Assembly (NCBI GenBank): GCA_903898215.1
Contig: CAIUEQ010000288.1
Coordinates: forward strand, 1 to 42,297
Length of the DNA: 42,297 bases
Direction: 5' to 3'
DNA from: an uncultured Bacteroidota bacterium
Lineage (GTDB): Bacteria > Bacteroidota > Bacteroidia > UKL13-3
Shown: one piece after another, positions 1 to 8,842 of the stretch
How positions within the stretch are numbered: the first letter of the stretch is position 1
How the letters are laid out: the number at the start of each line of letters is the position of its first letter
Position numbers and translations under genes: made by a program
Notes under the pieces: generated by a model
Told to the model about the DNA's origin: nothing
The model's database searches: none
The model's input: the letters and a program-made list of their open reading frames with translations, nothing else

Positions 1-2
1 AT

Positions 3-428
3 CATCTCCCGATAGCTATCGGGATCATCAAATCATTCAACCTCCTCAACACGCTAGATCTTGCACCAACAATTGCAGTAACAGCCGCTGCAAAAAATAT
101 TGAAACCGAATTATCAGGATTAAAAAATTTGAAAATAAAAGAAAGCAATCGTTTGCAATCTCTCGAAACAGAAATAAAAAAATGTGACTTTAACATCGTA
201 GCAAAAGATGATTCATTGTATATCAAACAAAACGCTATTAACTATCAACCATCAACTATCAACCTGTTTCAAACATACAACGACCACCGACTTGCCATGT
301 CGCTTGCACCATTAGCATTATTGTTCGATGATGTAATGATAGAAAACCCGGATGTGGTAGAAAAATCATATCCTCATTTTTGGGAGGATTTAAAATTGGC
401 AGGATTTGAATTAGAAATTAATATCTAA
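3..428 (+). CDS. aroA: 3-phosphoshikimate 1-carboxyvinyltransferase (EPSP synthase), 3' part; 5' end outside the window
   Basis: Frame 3 is open from base 3: HLPIAIGIIKSFNLLNTLDLAPTIAV...GLKNLKIKESNRL...TYNDHRLAMS...VEKSYPHFW. It contains the AroA motifs DLA, KES/TxR, DHRxAM and KSYP. Confidence 0.93.
   Translation, partial: HLPIAIGIIKSFNLLNTLDLAPTIAVTAAAKNIETELSGLKNLKIKESNRLQSLETEIKKCDFNIVAKDDSLYIKQNAINYQPSTINLFQTYNDHRLAMSLAPLALLFDDVMIENPDVVEKSYPHFWEDLKLAGFELEINI
7..24. repeat. Perfect 18-bp palindrome TCCCGATAGCTATCGGGA (REP-like), in-frame within aroA
   Basis: The sequence is its own reverse complement and is flanked by ATCATC(A)-type short repeats. It reads L-P-I-A-I-G-I in the aroA frame. 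Confidence 0.85.
234..264 (+). repeat. Heptamer tandem repeat inside aroA
   Basis: GCTATTA-ACTATCA-ACCATCA-ACTATCA-ACC, encoding AINYQPSTINL. Confidence 0.75.
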
Positions 429-464
429 AACTTTTTAAATTCGTAGGGTATAAAAAAAAGCAAT

Positions 465-971
465 ATGAAAACTAACAAGATGTTTTTAATTTTTTCGATG
501 GCAACATCATTGCTATTATTCGGCTGTCCTTACGAATCAAAATTTCCACTTTCAAATTCTTCTGAATCAACTATTGACACTTTATTAATTGGCAGTTGGG
601 ATGAAATTACCGCAAAAGATGAAGAGCCTGCAACAAGCATCGAGATCAATATTTTTAACGATCACGAATACTTATCACAAATGATGTCGAGAGACAAAGG
701 CAGCTTAACCATTCAGGGTTTCAGGGCATTTGAAACAACTATCAATCATCAAAAAATATTGAATGTTCAGGAAATTGGAAACAAGCCAAAATATAATTTT
801 TATAAATATGTGGTTTCAACTGACACCTTAAAAATTGCATCCGTTTTAAAAGATTCAATAAAAACAGAATTTAAAAACAGCACAGAATTGAATACCTATT
901 TCTCAAAAAACATGAACAGTCCAAAATTTTATGAAGATGTGAGAATATTTATAAAAAGGAAAAGAAAATAA
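465..971 (+). CDS. Hypothetical lipoprotein
   Basis: 168-aa ORF with a signal peptide ending in lipobox-like LLFGC; 'LIGSW' resembles the start of lipocalin-like barrels. Confidence 0.75.
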   Translation: MKTNKMFLIFSMATSLLLFGCPYESKFPLSNSSESTIDTLLIGSWDEITAKDEEPATSIEINIFNDHEYLSQMMSRDKGSLTIQGFRAFETTINHQKILNVQEIGNKPKYNFYKYVVSTDTLKIASVLKDSIKTEFKNSTELNTYFSKNMNSPKFYEDVRIFIKRKRK

Positions 972-1799
972 ATGAAAAGAATAATTCTGTGTATCATTTT
1001 GCTTTCACAGCTTCCTGTTTTTTCACAAAACGGAAGTGTTTTTAATTATCGTTTCAAACCCAATCGTACCTACATACAAACTGTTGAACAAAGAGAAATT
1101 TCAGAAACAAAATATTCAGGCGACAGCTTATTCAGATTAAAGGTAAAGGAGAATAAATTAAAAGAGTTTGAATCAACAGAAAACCTTCAACATATCGAAA
1201 CTGTAATAAAAACTGATGGTTTGGTTAACGATACGAATTATAAAATAACTTTTGAGTTTACAAAACCGCTTTATAATAATACACCAATCGTACCATTGGG
1301 AACAAAACTATTTGCTCATTGCAGCACGAGAAAATTTATGCCTACAATTGATTCGGTTTCCAATTTGGAAATAACAAAAGATAAAAGTAAACCCCTCATC
1401 GATTTAGCCAGATCAATAATTTTAAATATCGAGTTTCCTGAAAAAAGAATGACAAAGGGAGAAGTATTTTTCAAAACCTATCCGATTACTTTTCCGGGAA
1501 AAGACAATGAATTAATTATTGTTTTAGTTGGTACAGGTTATAAATTATTAAAAATAGAAAAAGGAATTGCAACGTTTGAGATTAAACAGATCTATAAAAT
1601 AAATCCCGGTATCACTAAAATTAAACCTAGCATTTCGGGAGAAGGAAATGGGATTTTATTGTATGATATCAATGAAAATTTTTATACAAAATATGACCTC
1701 AATACCAAGTTTGTTTTTTCAGTAAAAAAAGAAAATTATACCATTCAAACTACCACCACCAGCAATTTATCACATACCGTAAAAATTGTTACAAAATAG
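972..1799 (+). CDS. Hypothetical exported beta-rich protein
   Basis: 275-aa ORF abutting the previous stop (TAA ATG), with Sec signal peptide MKRIILCIILLSQLPVFSQ. Confidence 0.75.
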   Translation: MKRIILCIILLSQLPVFSQNGSVFNYRFKPNRTYIQTVEQREISETKYSGDSLFRLKVKENKLKEFESTENLQHIETVIKTDGLVNDTNYKITFEFTKPLYNNTPIVPLGTKLFAHCSTRKFMPTIDSVSNLEITKDKSKPLIDLARSIILNIEFPEKRMTKGEVFFKTYPITFPGKDNELIIVLVGTGYKLLKIEKGIATFEIKQIYKINPGITKIKPSISGEGNGILLYDINENFYTKYDLNTKFVFSVKKENYTIQTTTTSNLSHTVKIVTK

Positions 1800-1843
1800 A
1801 AAAAGAGAATTTTATAACTAATACTCGATAAATAAAAAACAAC

Positions 1844-2944
1844 ATGTCAGGGAATTCAGTTGGAGAAATATGTAGAATCACAACATTTGGTGAAAGTCAT
1901 GGGGAGGCTTTGGGAGTAATCATTGACGGATGTCCTTCATTACTGGAAATTGATACTGATTTTATATTACATGAACTTAGAAGAAGAAAACCAGGACAAT
2001 CATCAATCACAACAGAAAGAAATGAAGATGAAACTTTTGAAATATTATCAGGTGTTTTTGAAGGAAAAACTACCGGTGCTCCGATTGCAATAATTGTAAA
2101 AAACACAAATCAAAAACCGGAAGATTACGATGAGTTGAAAGACATTTTCCGACCATCGCATGCTGATTATACTTACGAAAAAAAATTCGGCATCCGCGAT
2201 CATCGAGGAAGTGGAAGAGCATCTGCACGTGAAACAGTTGCACGAGTTTTAGCAGGAGCAATTGCAAAATTATTTTTACGTCAACATGATATTTCTGTTC
2301 AGGCATATGTTTCACAAATAGCAACTATAAAAGTAGAGCAACATTATTCGGAACTTGATCTATCCTTAACAGAACAAAATATTGTGCGTTGCCCCGAACA
2401 ATCAATTGCTAAAAAAATGATAACGTTAATTGAAGAAATAAAACTGCAGGGTGACAGTATTGGTGGAGCTATAACTTGTGTGATTAAAGGTGTTCCTGTT
2501 GGATTAGGCGAGCCGGTTTTTGACAAACTTCATGCAGATTTAGGAAAAGCAATTTTAAGTATTAATGCTTGCAAAGGTTTTGAAATCGGAAGTGGCTTTG
2601 AAGGAATATTAATGAAAGGCAGTGAGCATAATGACTCGTTCACAGTTCACAGTTCACAGTCAACTGAGAGCCCTGATTTGATTACTACATCTAATCACAG
2701 CGGAGGAATTCAAGGAGGAATTTCAAATGGAATGGATATTTATTTTCGTTGCGCATTTAAACCTGTTTCCACCATTAAACTCGAACAAGAAACGGTAAAT
2801 AAAAATTTACAAAATGTTCAAATGAAAGCTTCAGGCCGTCACGATTCGTGTGTGCTTCCTCGTGCTGTACCAATTGTTGAAGCAATGGCTGCATTAGTTT
2901 TAACCGACCACTTTTTAAGGAACAAAATCTATTCTCATGATTGA
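1844..2944 (+). CDS. aroC: Chorismate synthase
   Basis: [46 protein letters not shown] and [18 protein letters not shown] motifs. Confidence 0.98.
   Translation: MSGNSVGEICRITTFGESHGEALGVIIDGCPSLLEIDTDFILHELRRRKPGQSSITTERNEDETFEILSGVFEGKTTGAPIAIIVKNTNQKPEDYDELKDIFRPSHADYTYEKKFGIRDHRGSGRASARETVARVLAGAIAKLFLRQHDISVQAYVSQIATIKVEQHYSELDLSLTEQNIVRCPEQSIAKKMITLIEEIKLQGDSIGGAITCVIKGVPVGLGEPVFDKLHADLGKAILSINACKGFEIGSGFEGILMKGSEHNDSFTVHSSQSTESPDLITTSNHSGGIQGGISNGMDIYFRCAFKPVSTIKLEQETVNKNLQNVQMKASGRHDSCVLPRAVPIVEAMAALVLTDHFLRNKIYSHD
2638..2660 (+). repeat. Heptamer tandem repeat (GTTCACA)x3 inside aroC
   Basis: GTTCACA GTTCACA GTTCACA GT, encoding FTVHSSQ in the loop between HND and SNHSGG. Confidence 0.8.
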
Positions 2945-3073
2945 TTGTTATCACTTTAAGTCCATTTTAATTGGGTGATTGCAACTAAAACACGTTAATT
3001 TGCCTCCTTATATAATACTCTTGGAAAGAAGCTGTATGCCAAAAGCTAAAGGCCAATATTTAATAAATCAAAA

Positions 3074-4951
3074 ATGTATAAATCATTATTAACGTTAACA
3101 ATTTTTTTTGGGTCGATTTCAGTTTCAATTTCACAAAATTTCACTCCTTGTTTAACAGATCAAATTCATCAACAGGCAATCCTCAAAAATCCTGAAATTA
3201 TCCGGTATGAAAATGCTGCCAATAAATTAGCCAACGAGCAGACTAACACTATACCATTATTTAAAACAGGAGCTATCTATTTCATTCCTGTTGTGTTTCA
3301 TATCATCCATCAAAGCGGTACTGAAAATATTTCTCAGGCACAAATCATGGATGAGCTAAGAATTTTAAATGAAGATTACAGAAAGTTGGGAAGAGATGCA
3401 TCCGATAGTTTAAGTACAAACCCGTTAGCTGCTGATATGCAAATAGAATTCAGGCTTGCACAATATGATCCAAACGGAAAAAAAAGCGATGGTATTAATC
3501 GCATAGCAAGCACACTTACTGTAAATGCCGATAACAGTGTTAAATCTTTGAGTTATTGGGATAGCAATCGATACTTAAATATTTGGGTGGTGAATTCCAT
3601 CAATAACACAGCAGCGGGTCAATTAGGAACTGTTTTAGGATATGCTCAATTTCCATGGGATAGAGTTTCTTATCCCACAACTGATGGAATTATTGTAAGA
3701 GCTGATCAAATTGGTACGGTTGGAATTGGCCAAACTTCACAAGCCGGACGTACCTTAACACATGAAATTGGACATTGGCTAGGATTGTATCACCCTTTTC
3801 AGGATGGTTGCGTTGGCGGAACATCATCTAATTGCAGTACTCAAGGTGATAAAGTTTGCGATACACCTCCGGTTTTATCACCAAGTTTTGGTTGTTCCAC
3901 CAATCAAAATTCTTGTAGTAACGATTCACCGGATTTACCCGATCTTGTAAAAGATTATATGGATTATGCTGATGGAACTTGTATGAACTTGTTTACTTAC
4001 GGTCAGAAAAATAGAGTTTTCAGTATTAGTTTTACCGGTTCGGCAAGTAATTACAATAGAGTAACTGCAGCATCTGCAAACAATCTCGTTTCAGCAGGAA
4101 TTGGAGCTACCGGAAATTATTTATCAGTAAGTGCGTCTACCAAAAAAGCGCCTTATACTTATGGTTTTGAAAGTTCAGGTTCACTTGCCACAGACGGATG
4201 GATTTTAAATAATTTTAACAATCCTACAAACGGGTGGCAAATAAAATCAACAGCTTTCCAAAGCGGAAGCAGCTGTATCATGCTTCCAAATCTTACCAAT
4301 GCAAGTAATACACGTGATGGTTTTCAATCACCAGAAATTGATCTTACAACAGTTGCCACACCTTTTTTAAACTTTTACTGTGCGTATGCTCAAACTAATC
4401 CTTCTTCAAATGATATATTGAATGTTTATATTTCTGATACATTTGGAATAGATGAAAAATTGCTATGGACAAGCAATGGTGGAAGTTTGTCAAACGGAGC
4501 ATTACAATATCCTTCAGCATATATTCCTAATTCATCACAATGGAAACCAATTACAATTAGCCTTTCTTCATATAAATATTTTACTCATGCCAGAGTGCGT
4601 TATGAATTTCAAAATCGCAGGGGAAATAATATTTACATCGATAATTTCAGCATATCAAATACTCCGTTATCAGGAATTGATGAAGCAAAAAAACTATTAT
4701 ATAAATTCAGTCTTTATCCTAATCCACTAAATTCAATGGCAACAATATCCTATGAATTACAGCAAAATGATAAGGTAAAAATATTGCTGTATGATATGAT
4801 GGGCCGAGAAGTGATGATTGTTGAAGATGCTCAGATGGAAAGTGGTTTACATACATTGACTATCAATAAAGGAAACCTTAATTCAGGAATGTATTTTATT
4901 CGTTTTGAATCCGGTGAAAACACCTTCAATCACAAGCTATTGATTAATTAA
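3074..4951 (+). CDS. M43 family (pappalysin/ulilysin-like) zinc metalloprotease with T9SS type A sorting domain
   Basis: Signal peptide; propeptide Cys (PCLTD); IPVVFHII; HEIGHWLGLYH metzincin motif; YMDY Met-turn; C-terminal YPNP...GMYFIRF...KLLIN. Confidence 0.92.
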   Translation: MYKSLLTLTIFFGSISVSISQNFTPCLTDQIHQQAILKNPEIIRYENAANKLANEQTNTIPLFKTGAIYFIPVVFHIIHQSGTENISQAQIMDELRILNEDYRKLGRDASDSLSTNPLAADMQIEFRLAQYDPNGKKSDGINRIASTLTVNADNSVKSLSYWDSNRYLNIWVVNSINNTAAGQLGTVLGYAQFPWDRVSYPTTDGIIVRADQIGTVGIGQTSQAGRTLTHEIGHWLGLYHPFQDGCVGGTSSNCSTQGDKVCDTPPVLSPSFGCSTNQNSCSNDSPDLPDLVKDYMDYADGTCMNLFTYGQKNRVFSISFTGSASNYNRVTAASANNLVSAGIGATGNYLSVSASTKKAPYTYGFESSGSLATDGWILNNFNNPTNGWQIKSTAFQSGSSCIMLPNLTNASNTRDGFQSPEIDLTTVATPFLNFYCAYAQTNPSSNDILNVYISDTFGIDEKLLWTSNGGSLSNGALQYPSAYIPNSSQWKPITISLSSYKYFTHARVRYEFQNRRGNNIYIDNFSISNTPLSGIDEAKKLLYKFSLYPNPLNSMATISYELQQNDKVKILLYDMMGREVMIVEDAQMESGLHTLTINKGNLNSGMYFIRFESGENTFNHKLLIN

Positions 4952-4974
4952 GAATTAAGCTGCAATTTTGAATA

Positions 4975-5003
4975 TTCACCGCAGTAGTTATTATTGCAGT
5001 GAA
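4975..5003. terminator. Possible terminator hairpin between the M43 gene and topA
   Basis: Imperfect inverted repeat TTCACCGCAGTA...TATTGCAGTGAA with no clear U-tract. Confidence 0.35.
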
Positions 5004-5068
5004 ATGATGTTGTAACATTCCAGAAAATATGGTTGTTACAACATTGTTATTTTAACGTGAAAAGAATT

Positions 5069-7633
5069 ATGACGAAGAATTTAGTAATTGTTGAGTCGCC
5101 TGCAAAAGCAAAAACCATCGAGAAATTTCTCGGTAAAAATTTTACCGTAAAGTCTTGTTATGGACATATTCGTGATCTGGCCAAAGGAGATGAAGCAATC
5201 GATGTGAAAAATAATTTTAAACCTCACTACGAAGTTTCGCCCGATAAAAAAGCGATCGTAGCTGAACTGAAAAAATTATCTTCTCAAGCTGAAATGATCT
5301 GGCTAGCATCCGATGAGGACCGTGAAGGAGAAGCAATTTCTTGGCATTTATCTGAAGTCTTAAATCTTGATGCAGCAAAAACAAAACGCATCGTTTTTCA
5401 TGAAATTACCAAACCTGCAATTTTAAAAGCAATAGAAAATCCTCGTCAAATTGATAAAAATTTAGTAGACGCTCAACAGGCAAGAAGAGTTCTTGACAGG
5501 TTAGTTGGTTTCGAGCTATCTCCAATTCTTTGGAGAAAAATTAAAGGAAATCTATCTGCCGGGAGAGTTCAATCAGTTGCCGTTCGATTAATTGTTGAAC
5601 GTGAACGTGAGGTCAATAATTTCAATTCAACATTTGCATATAAAGTTACTGCACAATTTAATGTTGGCGGAAAAACAATGAATGCAGAATTGCCAAAACG
5701 ATATAGCAAAATTGAAGAGGCAGAAGCCTTTTTAAATAAATGTAACGGGGCTACTTTTTCTATCAAAAATCTTGAAGTAAAACCTGCAAAAAAATCACCG
5801 GCACCACCATTTACTACTTCAACATTGCAACAGGAAGCAAGCAGAAAATTAAGTTTCTCGGTTTCGCAAACCATGATGGTTGCACAAAAATTATATGAAG
5901 CAGGACTCATCACATACATGAGAACTGATTCGGTAAATTTATCCGACCTTGCTTTAAATACAGCACGCACTCAAATCAATCATCAATTTGGAAGTGAGTT
6001 TGCTCAGACAAGAAAATATACTACAAAAAGTGCAAGTGCACAGGAAGCTCACGAGGCAATACGTCCAACATATTTTGAAAACACAAGTGTTAACATTGGA
6101 AGACAAGAAGACCGTTTGTATGAACTAATTTGGAAACGAGCAATCGCTTCACAAATGGCAGATGCACAAATTGAAAGAACAATTGCAAATATTGGAATTT
6201 CAACTACAGGTGAAGAACTAACAGCAACCGGTGAAGTATTAAAATTTGAAGGCTTTTTAAAAGTATATCTCGAATCAAATGATGAAGAAGGAGATGATGA
6301 AAACTCATCGATGTTACCTCCTTTAAAAGTTGGCGAAGATCTTTCATTAAAACAGATGGAAGCGATACAACGATACAGCAAACCGGCACCAAGATATACT
6401 GAAGCAAGTTTGGTGAAGAAGCTTGAAGAACTTGGCATTGGCAGACCATCAACGTATGCTCCAACAATTTCAACAATCCAAAAAAGAGGATATGTTTTAA
6501 AAGAAGATCGCGAGCCGAAAGAAAGAAATATTCATATCATCACACTCACAAATAACAAAGTGAGTAAGGAAGAAAAAATGGAGAAATTCGGTTACGAAAA
6601 ACAAAAATTATTTCCGAGTGATATAGGAATGATCGTGACAGATTTTTTGTCGAAACATTTTGAAGACATCATGAATTATCACTTCACTGCAAAAGTTGAA
6701 AAAGAATTTGATGAGATTGCAAATGGACAAATTCAGTGGAATAAAATGATTGAAAATTTTTACACGCCTTTTAGTGCTGATGTAAAAAAGACCAACGAAA
6801 CTGCCGAACGTCAAAGTGGTGAGCGAATGTTAGGAGTGGATCCGGTGAGTGGAAAAAATATTTATGCTAAAGTAGGACGTTTTGGACCGTTTGTTCAGCT
6901 TGGTGAGAACAGCGATGACGAAACTCAAAAACCACAATACGGAAAATTATTACAAGAGCAACGTGTTGATTCAATTACGATAGAAGAAGCAATTGAATTA
7001 TTCAAACTTCCACGTTCGATTGGAGAATTTGAAGGCAAGGAAGTATCTATAAATATAGGACGTTTTGGACCATACGTAAAATGGGGAGAAGAATTTATTT
7101 CTTTACCAAAAGGAATAGAGATTATGGAAGTAAGTTTGGAAAAAGCTATTGAAGTAATCAATGCTAAACAAACAGCTGAAGCTCCTGTTGGCATGTTTGA
7201 TAATAAACCAATTACTAAAGGGAAAGGTCGTTTCGGACCATTTATTAAATGGGATAATATGTTCATTAATGTGCCACGTGCATACGACCTCGATACAATT
7301 ACTCAATCACAGATGAATGAGCTAATTGAGAAAAAAATCGAAAAGGAAGCTAATCGTTTTATCCAACAATGGCCTGACGAAAAAATATCAATTGAAAATG
7401 GACGCTGGGGTGCATTTATTCGTTTGGGCAAAAACATGATAAAGATTGGCCGCAATAAAGAGGGTGAAAAATACTCCAACGAAGAACTTAGTAAAATATC
7501 AATTGATGAAGTAAAGAAATTAATTGAAATTGAAATGCCAGATGCTTTTAAAGCTAAGAAAGCTGCACCTAAAAAAGCTGCTGCAAAAAAAACTGCAGCG
7601 AAAAAACCTGCAGCAAAAAAAGTAAAAAAATAA
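5069..7633 (+). CDS. topA: DNA topoisomerase I with Topo C-terminal repeats and a Lys/Ala-rich tail
   Basis: NLVIVESPAKAKTI, ASDEDREGEAI, SAGRVQS, catalytic ITYMRTDS, GIGRPSTY, four GR[FW]G repeats. Start moved to ATG 5069. Confidence 0.98.
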   Translation: MTKNLVIVESPAKAKTIEKFLGKNFTVKSCYGHIRDLAKGDEAIDVKNNFKPHYEVSPDKKAIVAELKKLSSQAEMIWLASDEDREGEAISWHLSEVLNLDAAKTKRIVFHEITKPAILKAIENPRQIDKNLVDAQQARRVLDRLVGFELSPILWRKIKGNLSAGRVQSVAVRLIVEREREVNNFNSTFAYKVTAQFNVGGKTMNAELPKRYSKIEEAEAFLNKCNGATFSIKNLEVKPAKKSPAPPFTTSTLQQEASRKLSFSVSQTMMVAQKLYEAGLITYMRTDSVNLSDLALNTARTQINHQFGSEFAQTRKYTTKSASAQEAHEAIRPTYFENTSVNIGRQEDRLYELIWKRAIASQMADAQIERTIANIGISTTGEELTATGEVLKFEGFLKVYLESNDEEGDDENSSMLPPLKVGEDLSLKQMEAIQRYSKPAPRYTEASLVKKLEELGIGRPSTYAPTISTIQKRGYVLKEDREPKERNIHIITLTNNKVSKEEKMEKFGYEKQKLFPSDIGMIVTDFLSKHFEDIMNYHFTAKVEKEFDEIANGQIQWNKMIENFYTPFSADVKKTNETAERQSGERMLGVDPVSGKNIYAKVGRFGPFVQLGENSDDETQKPQYGKLLQEQRVDSITIEEAIELFKLPRSIGEFEGKEVSINIGRFGPYVKWGEEFISLPKGIEIMEVSLEKAIEVINAKQTAEAPVGMFDNKPITKGKGRFGPFIKWDNMFINVPRAYDLDTITQSQMNELIEKKIEKEANRFIQQWPDEKISIENGRWGAFIRLGKNMIKIGRNKEGEKYSNEELSKISIDEVKKLIEIEMPDAFKAKKAAPKKAAAKKTAAKKPAAKKVKK

Positions 7634-8590
7634 ATGCTTAATGAGAGGGAAGTCATATCGCTTATAGCTTTGCTTGATGACGAAGATTTAGAAGTTGCCG
7701 AGCATGTTGAGCAAAAATTACTTTCTCTTGGAACCGATGTAATTTCTTTTTTAGAAAACGAATGGGGTGCAATAAAAAATATCGAGCAACAAAAAAAAGT
7801 TGAGAATATTATTCACCGCATACATTTCACAAATTTATTAAACGAATTGCGTGAATGGAGTCACGAAGCTGAACCCGATTTACTTGAAGGAATTATTTTA
7901 GTTTCAAAATACCGTTATCCTGATATTGACAAGCAAAAAATTTTAAATGAGATTGATAAAATCCGACTTGATATCTGGCTCGAATTACATTACGATCTTA
8001 CAGCTTACGAAAAAATAAGAGTCCTTAACCATGTGTTTTATCAAATTCATGGATTTCAAGGAAACACCGATAATTATCACGACCCTTCAAACTCCTTTAT
8101 CAATAACGCTCTCGAAAGCAAAAAAGGAAATCCTATTATGCTTGCGATCATTTATATGCTCGTTGCACAACGTTTACAAATTCCAATATTTGGTGTCAAT
8201 CTTCCTCAGCATTTTGTATTGGCATATAAGGAAGAAAACACCCAACATCTTACAACCGATCCTTTTAATACAAAGCCAAAACTCGATTACAGATTTGGAA
8301 AAGTTTTATTCTATATCAATGCATTTAATAAAGGTGCAGTTTTTTCAAAAGCCAATCTTGAACAGTTTTTAATTCAGATAAAAATTGAACCTAAATATGA
8401 ATTTTTTGAAGCCTGTTCGAATACAGATATTGTAAAACGTGTTTTAAGAAATCTGGTAATTGCCTATAAACAAAACAACAAATTAAATAATGTGAGCGAA
8501 GTGCACGAAATGCTTGCTATTCTTGGCGAGCCGCTTCTTAATAAATTTGAAGACACTACACCCGAAAATGAAAACGAGGAAGAATTATAA
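7634..8590 (+). CDS. SirB1-like / transglutaminase-like domain protein
   Basis: FQGNTDNYHDPSNSFIN...KKGNPIMLAIIY...GVNLPQHF...YINAFNKG; abuts the topA stop. Confidence 0.85.
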   Translation: MLNEREVISLIALLDDEDLEVAEHVEQKLLSLGTDVISFLENEWGAIKNIEQQKKVENIIHRIHFTNLLNELREWSHEAEPDLLEGIILVSKYRYPDIDKQKILNEIDKIRLDIWLELHYDLTAYEKIRVLNHVFYQIHGFQGNTDNYHDPSNSFINNALESKKGNPIMLAIIYMLVAQRLQIPIFGVNLPQHFVLAYKEENTQHLTTDPFNTKPKLDYRFGKVLFYINAFNKGAVFSKANLEQFLIQIKIEPKYEFFEACSNTDIVKRVLRNLVIAYKQNNKLNNVSEVHEMLAILGEPLLNKFEDTTPENENEEEL

Positions 8591-8632
8591 TCAAATAAAC
8601 ACTACTTTCGTTTCATCAAAAAAAAGTAAATC

Positions 8633-8842
8633 ATGGAAGTAAAAGATAGCAACGGAACATTATTAAATGAAGGCGATTCAGTACAGATAATTAAAGATCT
8701 GAAAGTAAAAGGTTCTTCTTCTGTATTAAAAAGAGGAACGCTTGTGAAGAATATCCGACTTACTTCCAACGAAGAAGAAATTGAAGGTCGTGTTGATAAA
8801 CAAATGATGGTGCTGAAGACTTGCTTTATGAAAAAAGTTTAA
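8633..8842 (+). CDS. PhnA-domain (alkylphosphonate utilization family) small protein lacking the Zn-ribbon
   Basis: [27 protein letters not shown]...[11 protein letters not shown]...LKTCFMKK. Confidence 0.88.
   Translation: MEVKDSNGTLLNEGDSVQIIKDLKVKGSSSVLKRGTLVKNIRLTSNEEEIEGRVDKQMMVLKTCFMKKV

Noticed and set aside
2-226. Minus-strand 74-aa ORF and the many other short antisense or alternate-frame ORFs in the track
   Set aside because: They overlap well-supported genes, have no recognisable motifs, and are expected as shadow ORFs.
5033-5068. Longer upstream starts in the ORF track (topA; likewise the GT, SRPBCC, PTPS and TauE genes)
   Set aside because: The extensions precede the family N-terminal motifs or overlap neighbours and promoters; internal ATGs fit better.
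8633-8842. Phosphonate utilisation locus
   Set aside because: A stand-alone PhnA-domain protein with no phn genes nearby does not imply phosphonate catabolism.
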